Below, in pieces: positions 1-9,511 of a stretch of 64,000 nucleotides of DNA (the first letter of the stretch is position 1; each line of letters starts with the position of its first letter). Both the position numbers and the translations under genes were made by a program. The stretch is from the NCBI GenBank assembly GCA_963695225.1, contig OY968762.1, positions 256,001 through 320,000 on the forward strand, given 5' to 3'. Below the pieces are notes generated by a model. That model saw only the letters and a list, made by a program, of their open reading frames with translations. It searched no databases and was not told where the DNA came from. This DNA is from Vulcanimicrobiota bacterium. GTDB lineage: Bacteria; Vulcanimicrobiota; Vulcanimicrobiia; Vulcanimicrobiales; Vulcanimicrobiaceae.

Positions 1-2
1 AG

Positions 3-1319
3 CTCGCGGGATTGCTCGTGCTGATGGCTGCCTGCGGGATGCAGGTGCCCTGCGCCGACGGGACGACGATCGGCGGGTTCACGCGCGTCGCGTGCGGGAT
101 CGGCGACGAACAGTCGATCGCGGAGAACGCTTCCACGTTTTCGGCGCACGTCGAGCGCTTGCGCGTGATTCTCGAAGGCGCCGATTCGCGCAGCTTGATC
201 CTGATCGACGAGATCGCAAGCGGGACGGAGCCCGCCGCCGGCGCCGCGCTGGGGGTCGCGATCCTCGAGTATCTGCTCGCCTGCGGAGCGCGCGCGATCG
301 TCACGACGCATTCGACGGAGCTCAAACTGTTCGCGCACTCGACGGACGGCGTCGTGAACGCGAGCGCGCGCTTCGACGCGGCGACGTACGCGCCGACGTA
401 CGAGCTCGATATCGGTGCGCCGGGCCAATCGCTCGCGTTCCCGCTCGCGCGCTCGCTCGGGCTCGCGCCGGGGATCGTCGATCGAGCCGAGACGCTCCTT
501 TCGGAGAACGAACGCGATTACGACAAGGCGCTTGCGGAGCTGGCCGAGATCCGCGGGCAAGCCGCCGGCGAACGCGACGCGCTCGCGCGCGAGCGCGCGC
601 ACTTGGCCGCGCTCCAGGATACGGCGCGCCGCCGCGCCGAGGCGCTCGAGAAGGAGCGTCGTGCCTTCGCGCAAACCGCCGACGAGCGGCTAGCCAGGGC
701 GCTGCGCGACTTCACGGCCGAGCTCGAACGCCGCGCGCGGGAGAACGAGGCCGTCCGCACGCGCGTTCGCGTCACGCAAGGACAGGCCTCGCTCCTGGGC
801 CGCGTGCTCGACGACGTGCATCGCGATCTCGGCGTCTCGGCGCGCCCCGAGCGCGCGGCCGAGATCGCGCGGATCGGCGTCGGCGACAACGTCGCCGTTG
901 AATCGTTCGGCAGCGAAGGCCTCGTCGTGGCGGATTACGGCGAGACGGCGCTGGTCGCGATCGGTTCGATGAAGATGGTCGTGCCGAAGGCGGAACTGCG
1001 CTTGCGGAGCCGCGCCGGCGCCGAGCGCCCGGGGCGCGTTCGCCGCGGCGATACCACGCTCGATGCCGCGTCGAACGCGAGCATCGAGCTCGACGTGCGC
1101 GGGAAACGCTACGTCGAAGCCGAGCCGCTCGTCGAGCAATGGATCGACGAAGCGAAGCTGCTCGGCCTCTCGCATCTGCGGCTGATCCACGGGAAGGGAA
1201 CGGGCCTGCTCGGCCGCGGCCTGCAGGAATACTTGAAGGCAACCGAGGGCGTGCGGGCCGTGCGGTACGGAAACGCGGACGAGGGCGGGAGCGGCGTGAC
1301 GGTCTTCGAACTTGCCTAG
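3..1319 (+). CDS. mutS2: MutS2 family endonuclease/ribosome-splitting factor, C-terminal part (5' truncated by window edge)
   Basis: MutS ATPase motifs (IGDEQSI..STFS, LIDEIASGTEP, TTH), coiled coil, KOW-like region and C-terminal Smr domain (LDVRG..IHGKGTG..GGSGVT). Confidence 0.93.
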   Translation, partial: LAGLLVLMAACGMQVPCADGTTIGGFTRVACGIGDEQSIAENASTFSAHVERLRVILEGADSRSLILIDEIASGTEPAAGAALGVAILEYLLACGARAIVTTHSTELKLFAHSTDGVVNASARFDAATYAPTYELDIGAPGQSLAFPLARSLGLAPGIVDRAETLLSENERDYDKALAELAEIRGQAAGERDALARERAHLAALQDTARRRAEALEKERRAFAQTADERLARALRDFTAELERRARENEAVRTRVRVTQGQASLLGRVLDDVHRDLGVSARPERAAEIARIGVGDNVAVESFGSEGLVVADYGETALVAIGSMKMVVPKAELRLRSRAGAERPGRVRRGDTTLDAASNASIELDVRGKRYVEAEPLVEQWIDEAKLLGLSHLRLIHGKGTGLLGRGLQEYLKATEGVRAVRYGNADEGGSGVTVFELA

Positions 1320-1324
1320 CTAGG

Positions 1325-2527
1325 ATGACTGCACTGCAAGGCCCCTCGCCGCGCGAGCAAGCGGCGGTTCTCATCGAGAGTTGCGACCATGTGGAGACGC
1401 TGGCCGAACTCGAAACGCGGCTCGCCGCCAAACCTCGCCTGACGGTCAAGCTGGGCATCGATCCGACGGGGGCGTTCCTGCACCTCGGGCATGCGGTCGT
1501 GTTGCACAAGATGCAGCAGTTCGTCGAGTTCGGGCATCGCGTGATCTTGATCATCGGCGATTTCACCGCAAAGATCGGCGATCCGACCGGGCGCAGCGAG
1601 CTGCGTCCGAATCTGACCGACGCCGAGATCGCGGAAAACATGCGCGAGTATCGCGAACAAGCGGGGAAGATCCTCGATCTCGAGCGGATCGAGGTGATGT
1701 TCAATTCGAGCTGGCTCTCGAAGTTGACGCTGGCCGACATGATCGGCCTGATGGCGAAGACGACGGTCGCGCAGATGCTCGCGCGCAACGATTTCTCGAT
1801 CCGGTACGGGAACGGAACGCCGATCGCGCTGCACGAGTTCCTCTATCCGATCGCGCAGTCGTACGATAGCGTCGCGATCGAGGCCGACGTCGAACTCGGC
1901 GGATCGGACCAGCTCTTCAACCTGCTGCTCGGGCGCGAGTACCAGAAGCATGCGGGGCAGGCTCCGCAGATCTGCCTCACGACGCCGATCCTAGAGGGGA
2001 CCGACGGCGTCGTGCGGATGGGGAAATCACGCGGCAACTACGTCGGGCTGACGGAACCGGCGGCCGAACAGTTCGGCAAACTCATGCGGATCCCGGACGA
2101 AACGATCGCGCGCTACGCGCTGCTCGCCGCGTTCCGGCCGGCGACGGAATGCGAGCGCTTGGAGGCCGGGCTGCGCGACGGTTCCGTTGCACCGATGGCG
2201 GCGAAGAAAGCTCTCGCCGAAGAGATCGTCGCCCGCTATCACGGGGCGGCCGCCGCGCAGGCCGCGCGGGAGCGCTTCGAATCGGCGCACCAGCGGCGCG
2301 AGATTCCGGCGGACATCCCGGAAGCGCGGGTGGCCGGCGCGAAGACGGTCGCCGACGCGCTCGTCGCCGTCGGCTTCGCGCAGAGCAAACGCGAGGCTGA
2401 ACGCTTGATCGACGGAGGCGGCGTCAAATTGGACGGGAGCCCCGTGGTCGATTCGAAACTCCGCTGGAATCCGCCGGGTCCCGTCGTCCTGTCGGTGGGC
2501 ACGCGACGTTTCGTGCGCATCGTCTGA
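1325..2527 (+). CDS. tyrS: Tyrosine--tRNA ligase
   Basis: GIDPTG..LHLGH (HIGH), DVELGGSDQLFN, RMGKS (KMSKS variant), C-terminal S4 domain; start taken at ATG 1325 just after the mutS2 stop. Confidence 0.95.
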   Translation: MTALQGPSPREQAAVLIESCDHVETLAELETRLAAKPRLTVKLGIDPTGAFLHLGHAVVLHKMQQFVEFGHRVILIIGDFTAKIGDPTGRSELRPNLTDAEIAENMREYREQAGKILDLERIEVMFNSSWLSKLTLADMIGLMAKTTVAQMLARNDFSIRYGNGTPIALHEFLYPIAQSYDSVAIEADVELGGSDQLFNLLLGREYQKHAGQAPQICLTTPILEGTDGVVRMGKSRGNYVGLTEPAAEQFGKLMRIPDETIARYALLAAFRPATECERLEAGLRDGSVAPMAAKKALAEEIVARYHGAAAAQAARERFESAHQRREIPADIPEARVAGAKTVADALVAVGFAQSKREAERLIDGGGVKLDGSPVVDSKLRWNPPGPVVLSVGTRRFVRIV

Positions 2528-2546
2528 TCCGAAGAGGGAGGCTCCC

Positions 2547-2759
2547 GTGTCGTCAGGCCCCGAGAGCTCTTTGCCCGCGAACACCTACTCGGGACGGGGG
2601 CCGCTGCGCGGCCCGGCGTTCACCTGCCGGCGGTGCGGGCGTGCCTACGAGCTGCCGAGAGAGAGCTCCCCGCCGATTCGCTGCGAATGCGGCTGGTGGT
2701 ATGCCTACCGCGACGGCGTGATCATCGAGGAGTTCCGCTCCCGGCTCAGCGGCGGTTAG
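2547..2759 (+). CDS. Small Cys-rich zinc-ribbon-like hypothetical protein (70 aa)
   Basis: GAGGGAGG SD-like sequence before GTG 2547; CRRC..CECG motif; fills the gap between tyrS and the convergent hslO. Confidence 0.6.
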   Translation: MSSGPESSLPANTYSGRGPLRGPAFTCRRCGRAYELPRESSPPIRCECGWWYAYRDGVIIEEFRSRLSGG

Positions 2760-3639
2760 CCAGGCGTTCCGCGAGCGCCCGGACTTCCGCCTTCGAAAAC
2801 ACGTAGCTGGCGCGGCAGAAATCGCAGATCGCGTCGGTCTGCGGGTCCTGGTTCGCCATGTCGACCAGCTCGTCGTGTCCGAGGCTGAGGAGCGCGAGTT
2901 CGACCTTCTCCCGCGAGCAGCGGCACCACGGCTCGACCGGATACTCGCCGATGGAGTGGATCGACTGCGTTCCGGCGATCGCGCGCACGATATCCTGCGC
3001 GCCGGCCCCGGCGCCGATCTGCGCCGTGATGGCCGGCATCGCCCGCACGCGTTCCTCGAGCGCGGCGATCGTGCGTTCGTCGGCACCGGGCATCACTTGA
3101 GCGACGGCGCCTCCGGCGACGACGACCCCCTGCGAGTTCACGAGGACGCCGAGCGCGATCGCGCTCGGGATCTGTTGAGAATTCGCTAGGTAGGAGGCGA
3201 GATCGTCCCCGATCTCCCCGGTCACGAGTGGGACGACGCCGACGTACGGCTGCCCTATTTCATAGGATTTCGTCACCTGCAGGCGGCCCTCGCCCACGGC
3301 GCCGCCGACGTCGAGCTTCCCGCGCGAATTCGGCGGGAGGTCGACGCCCGGCTCGTTTGCGAAGCCTCGAACGCCGATCGTCCGTCCGGCGACGAATTGG
3401 GCGTCCGCGACGAGGCCGCGCAAGGGGCCGTTGCTCGAGATTTGGAGCGTGACGCGCTCGCGCCCCTTGAGGCTCGCACCCAGGAGGGCGGCCCCCGTCA
3501 TGAGCCGCCCGAGCGCCGCCGTCGCCGTCGCCGCCGCACCGTGCCGGCGCTGCGCGTCGCTTACCAGGGCCGTCGTGACGCCGGCTGCGATCGAGATCGA
3601 CCCGTCGGACGAGGTCGCGGTGACGATGTGGTCAGGCAC
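2746..3639 (-). CDS. hslO: Hsp33 redox-regulated chaperone
   Basis: [15 protein letters not shown] and C-terminal CRC..CDFC zinc centre. Confidence 0.93.
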   Translation of the reverse strand: MPDHIVTATSSDGSISIAAGVTTALVSDAQRRHGAAATATAALGRLMTGAALLGASLKGRERVTLQISSNGPLRGLVADAQFVAGRTIGVRGFANEPGVDLPPNSRGKLDVGGAVGEGRLQVTKSYEIGQPYVGVVPLVTGEIGDDLASYLANSQQIPSAIALGVLVNSQGVVVAGGAVAQVMPGADERTIAALEERVRAMPAITAQIGAGAGAQDIVRAIAGTQSIHSIGEYPVEPWCRCSREKVELALLSLGHDELVDMANQDPQTDAICDFCRASYVFSKAEVRALAERLANRR

Positions 3640-3689
3640 GCCCCCGCTCTTTCCGAGGGCGCGCCCATTTCCTGCGCGAAGCCGCCCGC

Positions 3690-4139
3690 GTGAACGTTCT
3701 GGTCATCCATGGGCCGAATCTGAATCTGCTCGGGACGCGCGAGCCCGGCGTCTACGGCTCGACGACGCTCGGTGAGATCGACGAGCTGATCGCGCGCGAG
3801 GCCGGGGCCTTGGGGCTCCACGTTCGGTGCGTGCAGCACAACTCCGAGGGTGCGATCATCGACGAACTCCACGCCGCCCGCGGGACCGTCGACGGCATCA
3901 TCATCAATCCCGGGGCGTACACCCATTACGCCTATGCCATCCGCGACGCGATCGCGGCCGTCGAGCTACCCGCCGTCGAGGTTCACCTTTCGAACACGCA
4001 GGCGCGCGAACCGTTCAGGGCGCACAGCGTCGTCTCCGCGGTGTGTCGCGGAACGATCGCCGGGTTCGGGCCGACGTCGTATCTGTTGGCGCTCCGGGCA
4101 TTGGCCGAGGCGCTCGGCGGAGAGCGCCGGAAACCCTGA
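3690..4139 (+). CDS. aroQ: Type II 3-dehydroquinate dehydratase
   Basis: [36 protein letters not shown]. Confidence 0.96.
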   Translation: MNVLVIHGPNLNLLGTREPGVYGSTTLGEIDELIAREAGALGLHVRCVQHNSEGAIIDELHAARGTVDGIIINPGAYTHYAYAIRDAIAAVELPAVEVHLSNTQAREPFRAHSVVSAVCRGTIAGFGPTSYLLALRALAEALGGERRKP

Positions 4140-4249
4140 AAGAATCAAGGATTCTCGTGCAATTTGGCGCAGGAGCGCCTAGGTGGCCTGCAAATAACGC
4201 TGGTCAAGTCTGAGGTAATAGTAACTCGTCATCTTTTGGAGATCGAACG

Positions 4250-4597
4250 TTGACAAAAGCCGAACTCGTTGATGTTTTGGCGGCTGATACGGAACTCTCG
4301 AAGCGCCAGGTCGGCGAAGTCGTCGATTTGTTGCTCGACACCATCAAGAGCGCGCTGGTGAAGGGTCAGAAGGTGCAACTGATTCCCTTCGGCAGCTTCG
4401 TCGTGCGCGACCGTAAGAAGCGCGAAGGCCGCAACCCGAAGACGGGTGAGAAACTGGTCATCGCGGCGCGACGCGTTCCAGCTTTTCAGGCCGGCAAGGG
4501 TTTGAAGGACGCCGTCGGCGGACCCAAGCGCGCGGCCGGTGCGAAGAAGGCCGCTGCTAAGAAGGCCCCGGCGAAGAAGAAGGCCGCACGCCGCTAA
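4250..4597 (+). CDS. hup: HU family DNA-binding protein with Lys/Ala-rich tail
   Basis: MTKAELV, FGSF, REGRNPKTGE, VPAF..GK; GGAG SD upstream of TTG start. Confidence 0.95.
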   Translation: MTKAELVDVLAADTELSKRQVGEVVDLLLDTIKSALVKGQKVQLIPFGSFVVRDRKKREGRNPKTGEKLVIAARRVPAFQAGKGLKDAVGGPKRAAGAKKAAAKKAPAKKKAARR

Positions 4598-4650
4598 GCG
4601 TTCGTTCGTTCCTCGGGCCTTCCGCGCCGAACGCATCTATAGAACGCATG

Positions 4651-4684
4651 GAAGAAGCGCCGTTGCCGGCGCTTCTTTTGGTTT
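4651..4684 (+). terminator. Intrinsic terminator after hup (possibly bidirectional)
   Basis: AAGAAGCGCCG-TTGC-CGGCGCTTCTT followed by T-rich run. Confidence 0.75.
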
Positions 4685-4708
4685 TGCGCTCTCGCCGCAG
4701 CGCCGCGC

Positions 4709-5311
4709 TCACTCGAACGTGCGTTGCATCTCGTAGAGTTGGACCTGCAGCCCGAACGCACGGGCGGCCGCCGTCACGTTCTCCCACGCTTCGCGGATGC
4801 CGGGAACGCTCGCCGCTCCGAAGCCGATGCCGGTCACGAGTGCGCCGACGCGCTCGTGCTCGATGGGGCACGAGCGCAGATCCGCGATCGTTTGCTCCGT
4901 CATCCGCACGATCGCTCGAGCCGAGGCGGGGCGCGTCGTGCGGACGCGCTCGCACAGCGCTCCGAGCGCCGCGACGAGGCGCTCGCGTTCGTGCTCGCTA
5001 GGATCGGGCTCGATCTCGGCGAGCGCGCCGGCGGATTCTTCGCCGGGAGCTTCTTTCGCAAGCAGGATCATGCGCGTCCCGCGCCTGCGGTGCAACGTGA
5101 AATCGAGCAGACCCTTTCCGTCGAGCGCGTGCAGCGCGGATTGAGCCTCGTCGCTCGAGATGCCCGCGAGTTCGCGCGCGATGGTCCGGGCGGCGGTCGC
5201 GAAGTACACGTACGGCAGGTTCATGACGACGAGCCCGCCGGGCCCTTTCGAACGCAGCCATTCGAAGATGCGGTAGTGGGGCGGCGTGTCCGATGCAGAC
5301 GATTCGTCCAT
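4709..5311 (-). CDS. Hypothetical protein, possible N-terminal winged helix
   Basis: 200-aa ORF with plausible composition; promoter-like motif 10 nt upstream; IARELAGISSDEAQSALHALDGKGLL resembles a wHTH. Confidence 0.65.
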   Translation of the reverse strand: MDESSASDTPPHYRIFEWLRSKGPGGLVVMNLPYVYFATAARTIARELAGISSDEAQSALHALDGKGLLDFTLHRRRGTRMILLAKEAPGEESAGALAEIEPDPSEHERERLVAALGALCERVRTTRPASARAIVRMTEQTIADLRSCPIEHERVGALVTGIGFGAASVPGIREAWENVTAAARAFGLQVQLYEMQRTFE

Positions 5312-5356
5312 GCGGCGTCACTTCGACATTCTCGCCGGAAGCCTTGATCCGCGAAC

Positions 5357-5386
5357 CGGCCTCCCCGGCCGCGGCCGGGGAGGCCG
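5357..5386. repeat. Perfect 30-bp palindrome
   Basis: CGGCCTCCCCGGCCG|CGGCCGGGGAGGCCG is its own reverse complement. Confidence 0.9.
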
Positions 5387-5433
5387 CGTCCCCTGAATGG
5401 ACCGGAGCGTGGGACTCCGAAGGAGCCCTCAGA

Positions 5434-5510
5434 CGGGTAGTAGCGCAGCTTGGTAGCGCACCAGTCTGGGGGACTGGGGGTCGCAGGTTCAAATCCTGTC
5501 TACCCGACCA
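5434..5510 (+). tRNA. tRNA-Pro(GGG)
   Basis: Acceptor CGGGTAG/CTACCCG, D-arm GCGC..TGGTA..GCGC, anticodon stem CCAGT/ACTGG with GGG, T-loop GGTTCAAATCC, encoded CCA. Confidence 0.98.
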
Positions 5511-5513
5511 ATC

Positions 5514-5552
5514 GAAGAAGCCCCGCAGGGCACGGCGCTGCGGGGCTTCTTC
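5514..5552. terminator. Hairpin terminator between tRNA-Pro and the convergent gene
   Basis: 15-bp inverted repeat GAAGAAGCCCCGCAG / CTGCGGGGCTTCTTC. Confidence 0.8.
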
Positions 5553-5572
5553 ATTCGAGCGAGCGCGTCGCT

Positions 5573-6094
5573 CTACTTGTGAGGGGGCGTCGCGTTCGGA
5601 GCGGCTGTGGATGCCGGGGCCGCCGAAGCGCCTGGAGCGGCTTGATCGGGCGCCTTCCAGGCGGTGCCGTCTTGCGACGTCGCGGCGAGGACCGTGCAGC
5701 GCAGTTTGGCGACGTCTTTTCCGACGTCTTTCGTGTCGAAGCGCGTGGACTTCTGCACCGGCGCGCCCTTGCCGAACGATCCCGTGATATCGAAGTCCGT
5801 GCTTCCGAGAACCGTTCCGGCGTCGTTGAGCCCTTCGAAGCGAATGCTGACCTCCGTGAGCGGCGCATCTTGGAGGTTCGCAAAGACGATGACGGTTTGG
5901 AATCTCGTATACGGGTTCGCCATCGAGCCGCGTGGAGCACCGATGCATTTCGATACGTCGATCGGCGAGCCGGGCGGATTGACGACGGTGACGTCGTCCT
6001 TGGCGAATCCGTTGAGCGAAACGGCGGCGATCGCCGGCGCGGTGCATGCAAAGACGACCGTCGACAGAGCGATCGATAAAGAGCGCGGTCGCAT
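5573..6094 (-). CDS. Secreted hypothetical protein
   Basis: N-terminal signal peptide, AGGAG SD, two Cys, Pro/Ala-rich tail. Confidence 0.7.
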   Translation of the reverse strand: MRPRSLSIALSTVVFACTAPAIAAVSLNGFAKDDVTVVNPPGSPIDVSKCIGAPRGSMANPYTRFQTVIVFANLQDAPLTEVSIRFEGLNDAGTVLGSTDFDITGSFGKGAPVQKSTRFDTKDVGKDVAKLRCTVLAATSQDGTAWKAPDQAAPGASAAPASTAAPNATPPHK

Positions 6095-6210
6095 AACCGA
6101 ATCTCCTGAGTGCGCAGTGACCAGTTCCCGGCGTTCGCCGGGCGAAAGCCGCCTCCTCGACGCGCGAACGTCGTAGGAACCCGCCCGCTCGTCCGCGCAC
6201 GTGAACGAAG

Positions 6211-6846
6211 ATGATCGATCGCCACGAGCTCCTGCTGTTCATCCCCGCGATGCTCGCCATCACGTTCATGCCCGGGCCGGACATGCTCTTCGTGCTGGCG
6301 CAGAGCGCGCACGGCGGGGCCCGCAAGGGCGTCCTCGGCGTCCTCGGAATCGTCAGCGGCGGCTGCGTCCACATCACCGCGGCGGCGCTCGGCCTCTCCG
6401 CGCTGATCTTCCAATCCGCCTTCCTGTTCTCGCTGGTGAAGGCGGCGGGCGCCGCGTACTTGATCTTCCTCGGAATCCGGACGCTTCTCGCGCGCGACCA
6501 GCCCCCCGCCGCGGAACCAACGTCGCCGCCCGCCGGCGACGACTGGAGCGCCTACCGGAACGGGTTCTTCACGAACATCCTCAACCCGAAGGTCGCGCTG
6601 TTCGTCCTCGCGTTCCTGCCGCAGTTCGTCGTCCCCGAACGCGGGCACGCCGGCCTGCAAATCGCGGCGCTCGGCGCGATCTGGTTCGGCACCGGCGCCG
6701 TCGTCCTCAGCGGCGTCGCGCTCGCGGGCGGGGCCGTCGAAGGCTTGCGCCGCCGCAGCGCGCGGGCGCGCGCGGTCGAGCGCGTCCTGACCGGAAGCAT
6801 CTTCCTGGGCCTCGGTTTGCGGGTCGCGCTCCCGGACCGCCGCTAG
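6211..6846 (+). CDS. LysE/RhtB family translocator
   Basis: PGPDM, GAAYLIFLG, TNILNPKVALF motifs; multiple TM helices. Confidence 0.92.
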   Translation: MIDRHELLLFIPAMLAITFMPGPDMLFVLAQSAHGGARKGVLGVLGIVSGGCVHITAAALGLSALIFQSAFLFSLVKAAGAAYLIFLGIRTLLARDQPPAAEPTSPPAGDDWSAYRNGFFTNILNPKVALFVLAFLPQFVVPERGHAGLQIAALGAIWFGTGAVVLSGVALAGGAVEGLRRRSARARAVERVLTGSIFLGLGLRVALPDRR

Positions 6847-6880
6847 GATACCTCGCGCCGTGCCCTAATCTAATCCGGTC

Positions 6881-9511
6881 GTGCAAACCGAGCTTTCGAA
6901 GACCTACGATCCGGCCGCGATCGAGCGCGCGCGTTACGAAGCCTGGGAACGCAGCGGCGTCTTTCACGAGGAGCCCGATCCGGCGCGCCCGCCGTTCATC
7001 ATCTCGATGCCGCCGCCGAACATCACCGGCCGCGCGCACCTCGGGCACGGCTCGACCTACACGCCGATGGACATCCTCACGCGTTACCACCGCATGCTCG
7101 GCGAGAACGCGAACTGGATCCCCGGCCAAGACCACGCCGCGATTGCAACGGAAACCGTCATGGTCCGCGAACTCGCGAAGGAAGGGCTTACCCGCGACGG
7201 CCTCGGCCGCGAGGAATACCTGCGCCGCGTCTGGGCCTGGCGCGAAGAATACGGCGGGATCATCAACGATCAGTTCCGCCTGCTCGGCTTCGGGCCCGAT
7301 TGGCAGCGCGAGCGTTTCACGCTGGACCCCGGCCTCTCGGCCGCCGTTCTCAAGGTCTTCGTCGAGCTCTACAACGAGGGCTCGATCTATCGCGGAACGC
7401 GCCTGGTCAACTGGGATCCCGCCTCGCAATCGACGCTCTCCGACGCCGAAGTCGACGACGAAGAGCGCGCGGGCTCTCTCTGGCACATCCGCTACACCTC
7501 CGAAGACGGCTCGTTTTCCATCGAAGTCGCGACGACGCGCCCCGAGACGATGCTCGGCGATACCGCCGTCGCCGTCCACCCCGACGACGAACGCTACCGC
7601 GCGCTCGTCGGCAAGGCCGTCGTCCTCCCGCTCGTCGGCCGCCGCCTCCCGATCGTCGCCGACGCCGCCGTCGAACGCGATTTCGGCACCGGCGCCGTGA
7701 AGGTGACGCCCGCGCACGACCCCACCGACAACGAGATCGGCGAGCGGCACGGGCTCCCGATGCCGAGCGTGATCGGATTCGACGGCAAGATGACCGGCGA
7801 ATGCCCCGAGCCCTACCGCGGCCTCGACCGCTTCGAAGCACGCGAAGCCGTCGTGCGCGACCTCGCCGCCATCGGCGCGCTCGTGAAGACGGAACCCCAC
7901 ACGCTGCGCGTCCCGATCAGCTCGCGTTCCGGCGCCGTCGTCGAACCGCTCCTCTCCCTGCAGTGGTTCTGCCGCATGACCGCCCTCGCGCAGCCCGCGC
8001 TCGAGGCCTACCACGACGGCCGCATCCGCTTCGTCCCCGAGCGATTCGGACGCACCTACGAGCAGTGGCTCGTCAACATCAAAGACTGGTGCATCTCGCG
8101 CCAAGTCTGGTGGGGGCACCAGCTTCCCGTCTGGTACACGCCGGACGGCGAGCCGGTCGTCGCGGAAACGGAAGCGCAAGCGCGCGCGCTCGCCCGCGAG
8201 CGGTTCGGCGAGGTCGAACTGCGGCGCGATCCCGACACGCTCGACACCTGGTTCTCGAGCGGCCTATGGCCGTTCTCGATCCTCGGCTGGCCGGAGAAGA
8301 CGCCCGAACTCGCGGCCTGGTATCCGAATCAGGTCATGATCACGAGCCGCGACATCATTTTCCTGTGGGTCGCGCGCATGGTCATGCTCGGGATGAAGTT
8401 CGCCGGCGGCATCCCGTTCCGCGACGTCTTCGTCACGCCGCTCGTCTTCGACATGCACGGCCGCAAGATGAGCAAGAGCCTCGGCAACTCGATCGACCCG
8501 CTCGACCTCATCGAAAAGTACGGCGCCGACGCGACGCGCTTCGGCATCGTGCGCCAGATGCGCCTTGAATCGCAGGAATTGCGCTTCGACGAACGCTTCT
8601 GCCAAAAATCGCGCGACTTCAACACGAAGATGTGGAACGCGCTGCGCTACGTGCGCAGCCTCCCCGAAGGCCTCCCGGCCGCGTCAACCCTCCCGCCCGC
8701 GGCGCACCTCTCGCTCGCCGACCGCTGGATCCTCACGAAGCTGCGCGCGCTCGTCGAACGCGTCACCGAGGGCCTCGACTGCTACGACCTCGGCCCCACC
8801 GCCGACGCGCTGCTGGAGTTCGTCTGGTTCGACTTCTGCGACTGGTATCTCGAAGCAACGAAGACCGACACGCCGGCCCCCGGCGCGGCCCACAGGCCGA
8901 CGCGCGGCGCGGTCCTCTCCTACGTGTTGAACGCGACGATGCGCCTGCTCCATCCGTTCTGCCCGTTCGTCACCGAAGAAATCTGGCTCGCGCTGCCGCA
9001 CGACGGCGCGACGATCGTCACCGCCTCCTGGCCCGACCCGGCCGAAATCCCCTCGGACCCGCAGGCCGCGGCCCGCTACGAGCGCCTCAAGACCGTCGTC
9101 GCGAAGGTCCGCGACATGCGCGCCCAACTCGGCCTCGCCCCCAGCGAAAAGCTCAGCCTCGAAGTCCCCCCCGCCCTCGACGCCGGCGCCCGCTCCCTCC
9201 TGGCCCAGCACGCCAACGCCGCCATCATAGAATCCGCGCAGCCCCAACCCCCCGCCGCCGACCCCCTGAGCGCAGTCACCGTGCGTGCTCCCGCCGAACT
9301 CCTCCGCGCTCGCTATACCAAAGAAGCCTCCCGCCTCGATGCCGAGGTCGAGCGCCTCGTCCGCAAGCTTGCTAACGAGGGATTCGTGAGCAAGGCGTCC
9401 CCGGACGTGGTTACGAAGGAGCGCGAGAAGTTGGCCGGCTACGAGCAGGAACGCGACCGCGTCCGCGCGCTCCTGGCCGGCCTCGACGCGGAGGGAGCTA
9501 CCCAATCTTGA
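6881..9511 (+). CDS. valS: Valine--tRNA ligase
   Basis: PPPNITG..HLGH, ATTRPET, WCISRQ, KMSKS, C-terminal coiled-coil arm. Confidence 0.97.
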   Translation: MQTELSKTYDPAAIERARYEAWERSGVFHEEPDPARPPFIISMPPPNITGRAHLGHGSTYTPMDILTRYHRMLGENANWIPGQDHAAIATETVMVRELAKEGLTRDGLGREEYLRRVWAWREEYGGIINDQFRLLGFGPDWQRERFTLDPGLSAAVLKVFVELYNEGSIYRGTRLVNWDPASQSTLSDAEVDDEERAGSLWHIRYTSEDGSFSIEVATTRPETMLGDTAVAVHPDDERYRALVGKAVVLPLVGRRLPIVADAAVERDFGTGAVKVTPAHDPTDNEIGERHGLPMPSVIGFDGKMTGECPEPYRGLDRFEAREAVVRDLAAIGALVKTEPHTLRVPISSRSGAVVEPLLSLQWFCRMTALAQPALEAYHDGRIRFVPERFGRTYEQWLVNIKDWCISRQVWWGHQLPVWYTPDGEPVVAETEAQARALARERFGEVELRRDPDTLDTWFSSGLWPFSILGWPEKTPELAAWYPNQVMITSRDIIFLWVARMVMLGMKFAGGIPFRDVFVTPLVFDMHGRKMSKSLGNSIDPLDLIEKYGADATRFGIVRQMRLESQELRFDERFCQKSRDFNTKMWNALRYVRSLPEGLPAASTLPPAAHLSLADRWILTKLRALVERVTEGLDCYDLGPTADALLEFVWFDFCDWYLEATKTDTPAPGAAHRPTRGAVLSYVLNATMRLLHPFCPFVTEEIWLALPHDGATIVTASWPDPAEIPSDPQAAARYERLKTVVAKVRDMRAQLGLAPSEKLSLEVPPALDAGARSLLAQHANAAIIESAQPQPPAADPLSAVTVRAPAELLRARYTKEASRLDAEVERLVRKLANEGFVSKASPDVVTKEREKLAGYEQERDRVRALLAGLDAEGATQS

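Noticed and set aside
2014..2030. TyrS RMGKS instead of KMSKS as a sign of inactivation
   Set aside because: KMGKS-type variants are common in TyrRS and all other motifs are intact
5434..6200. tRNA-Pro as the integration site of a mobile element
   Set aside because: No integrase nearby, no duplicate of the tRNA 3' end noticed, and flanks have native composition
6847..6880. T-box riboswitch upstream of valS (or tyrS)
   Set aside because: Only 34 bp (valS) and 5 bp (tyrS) of intergenic space
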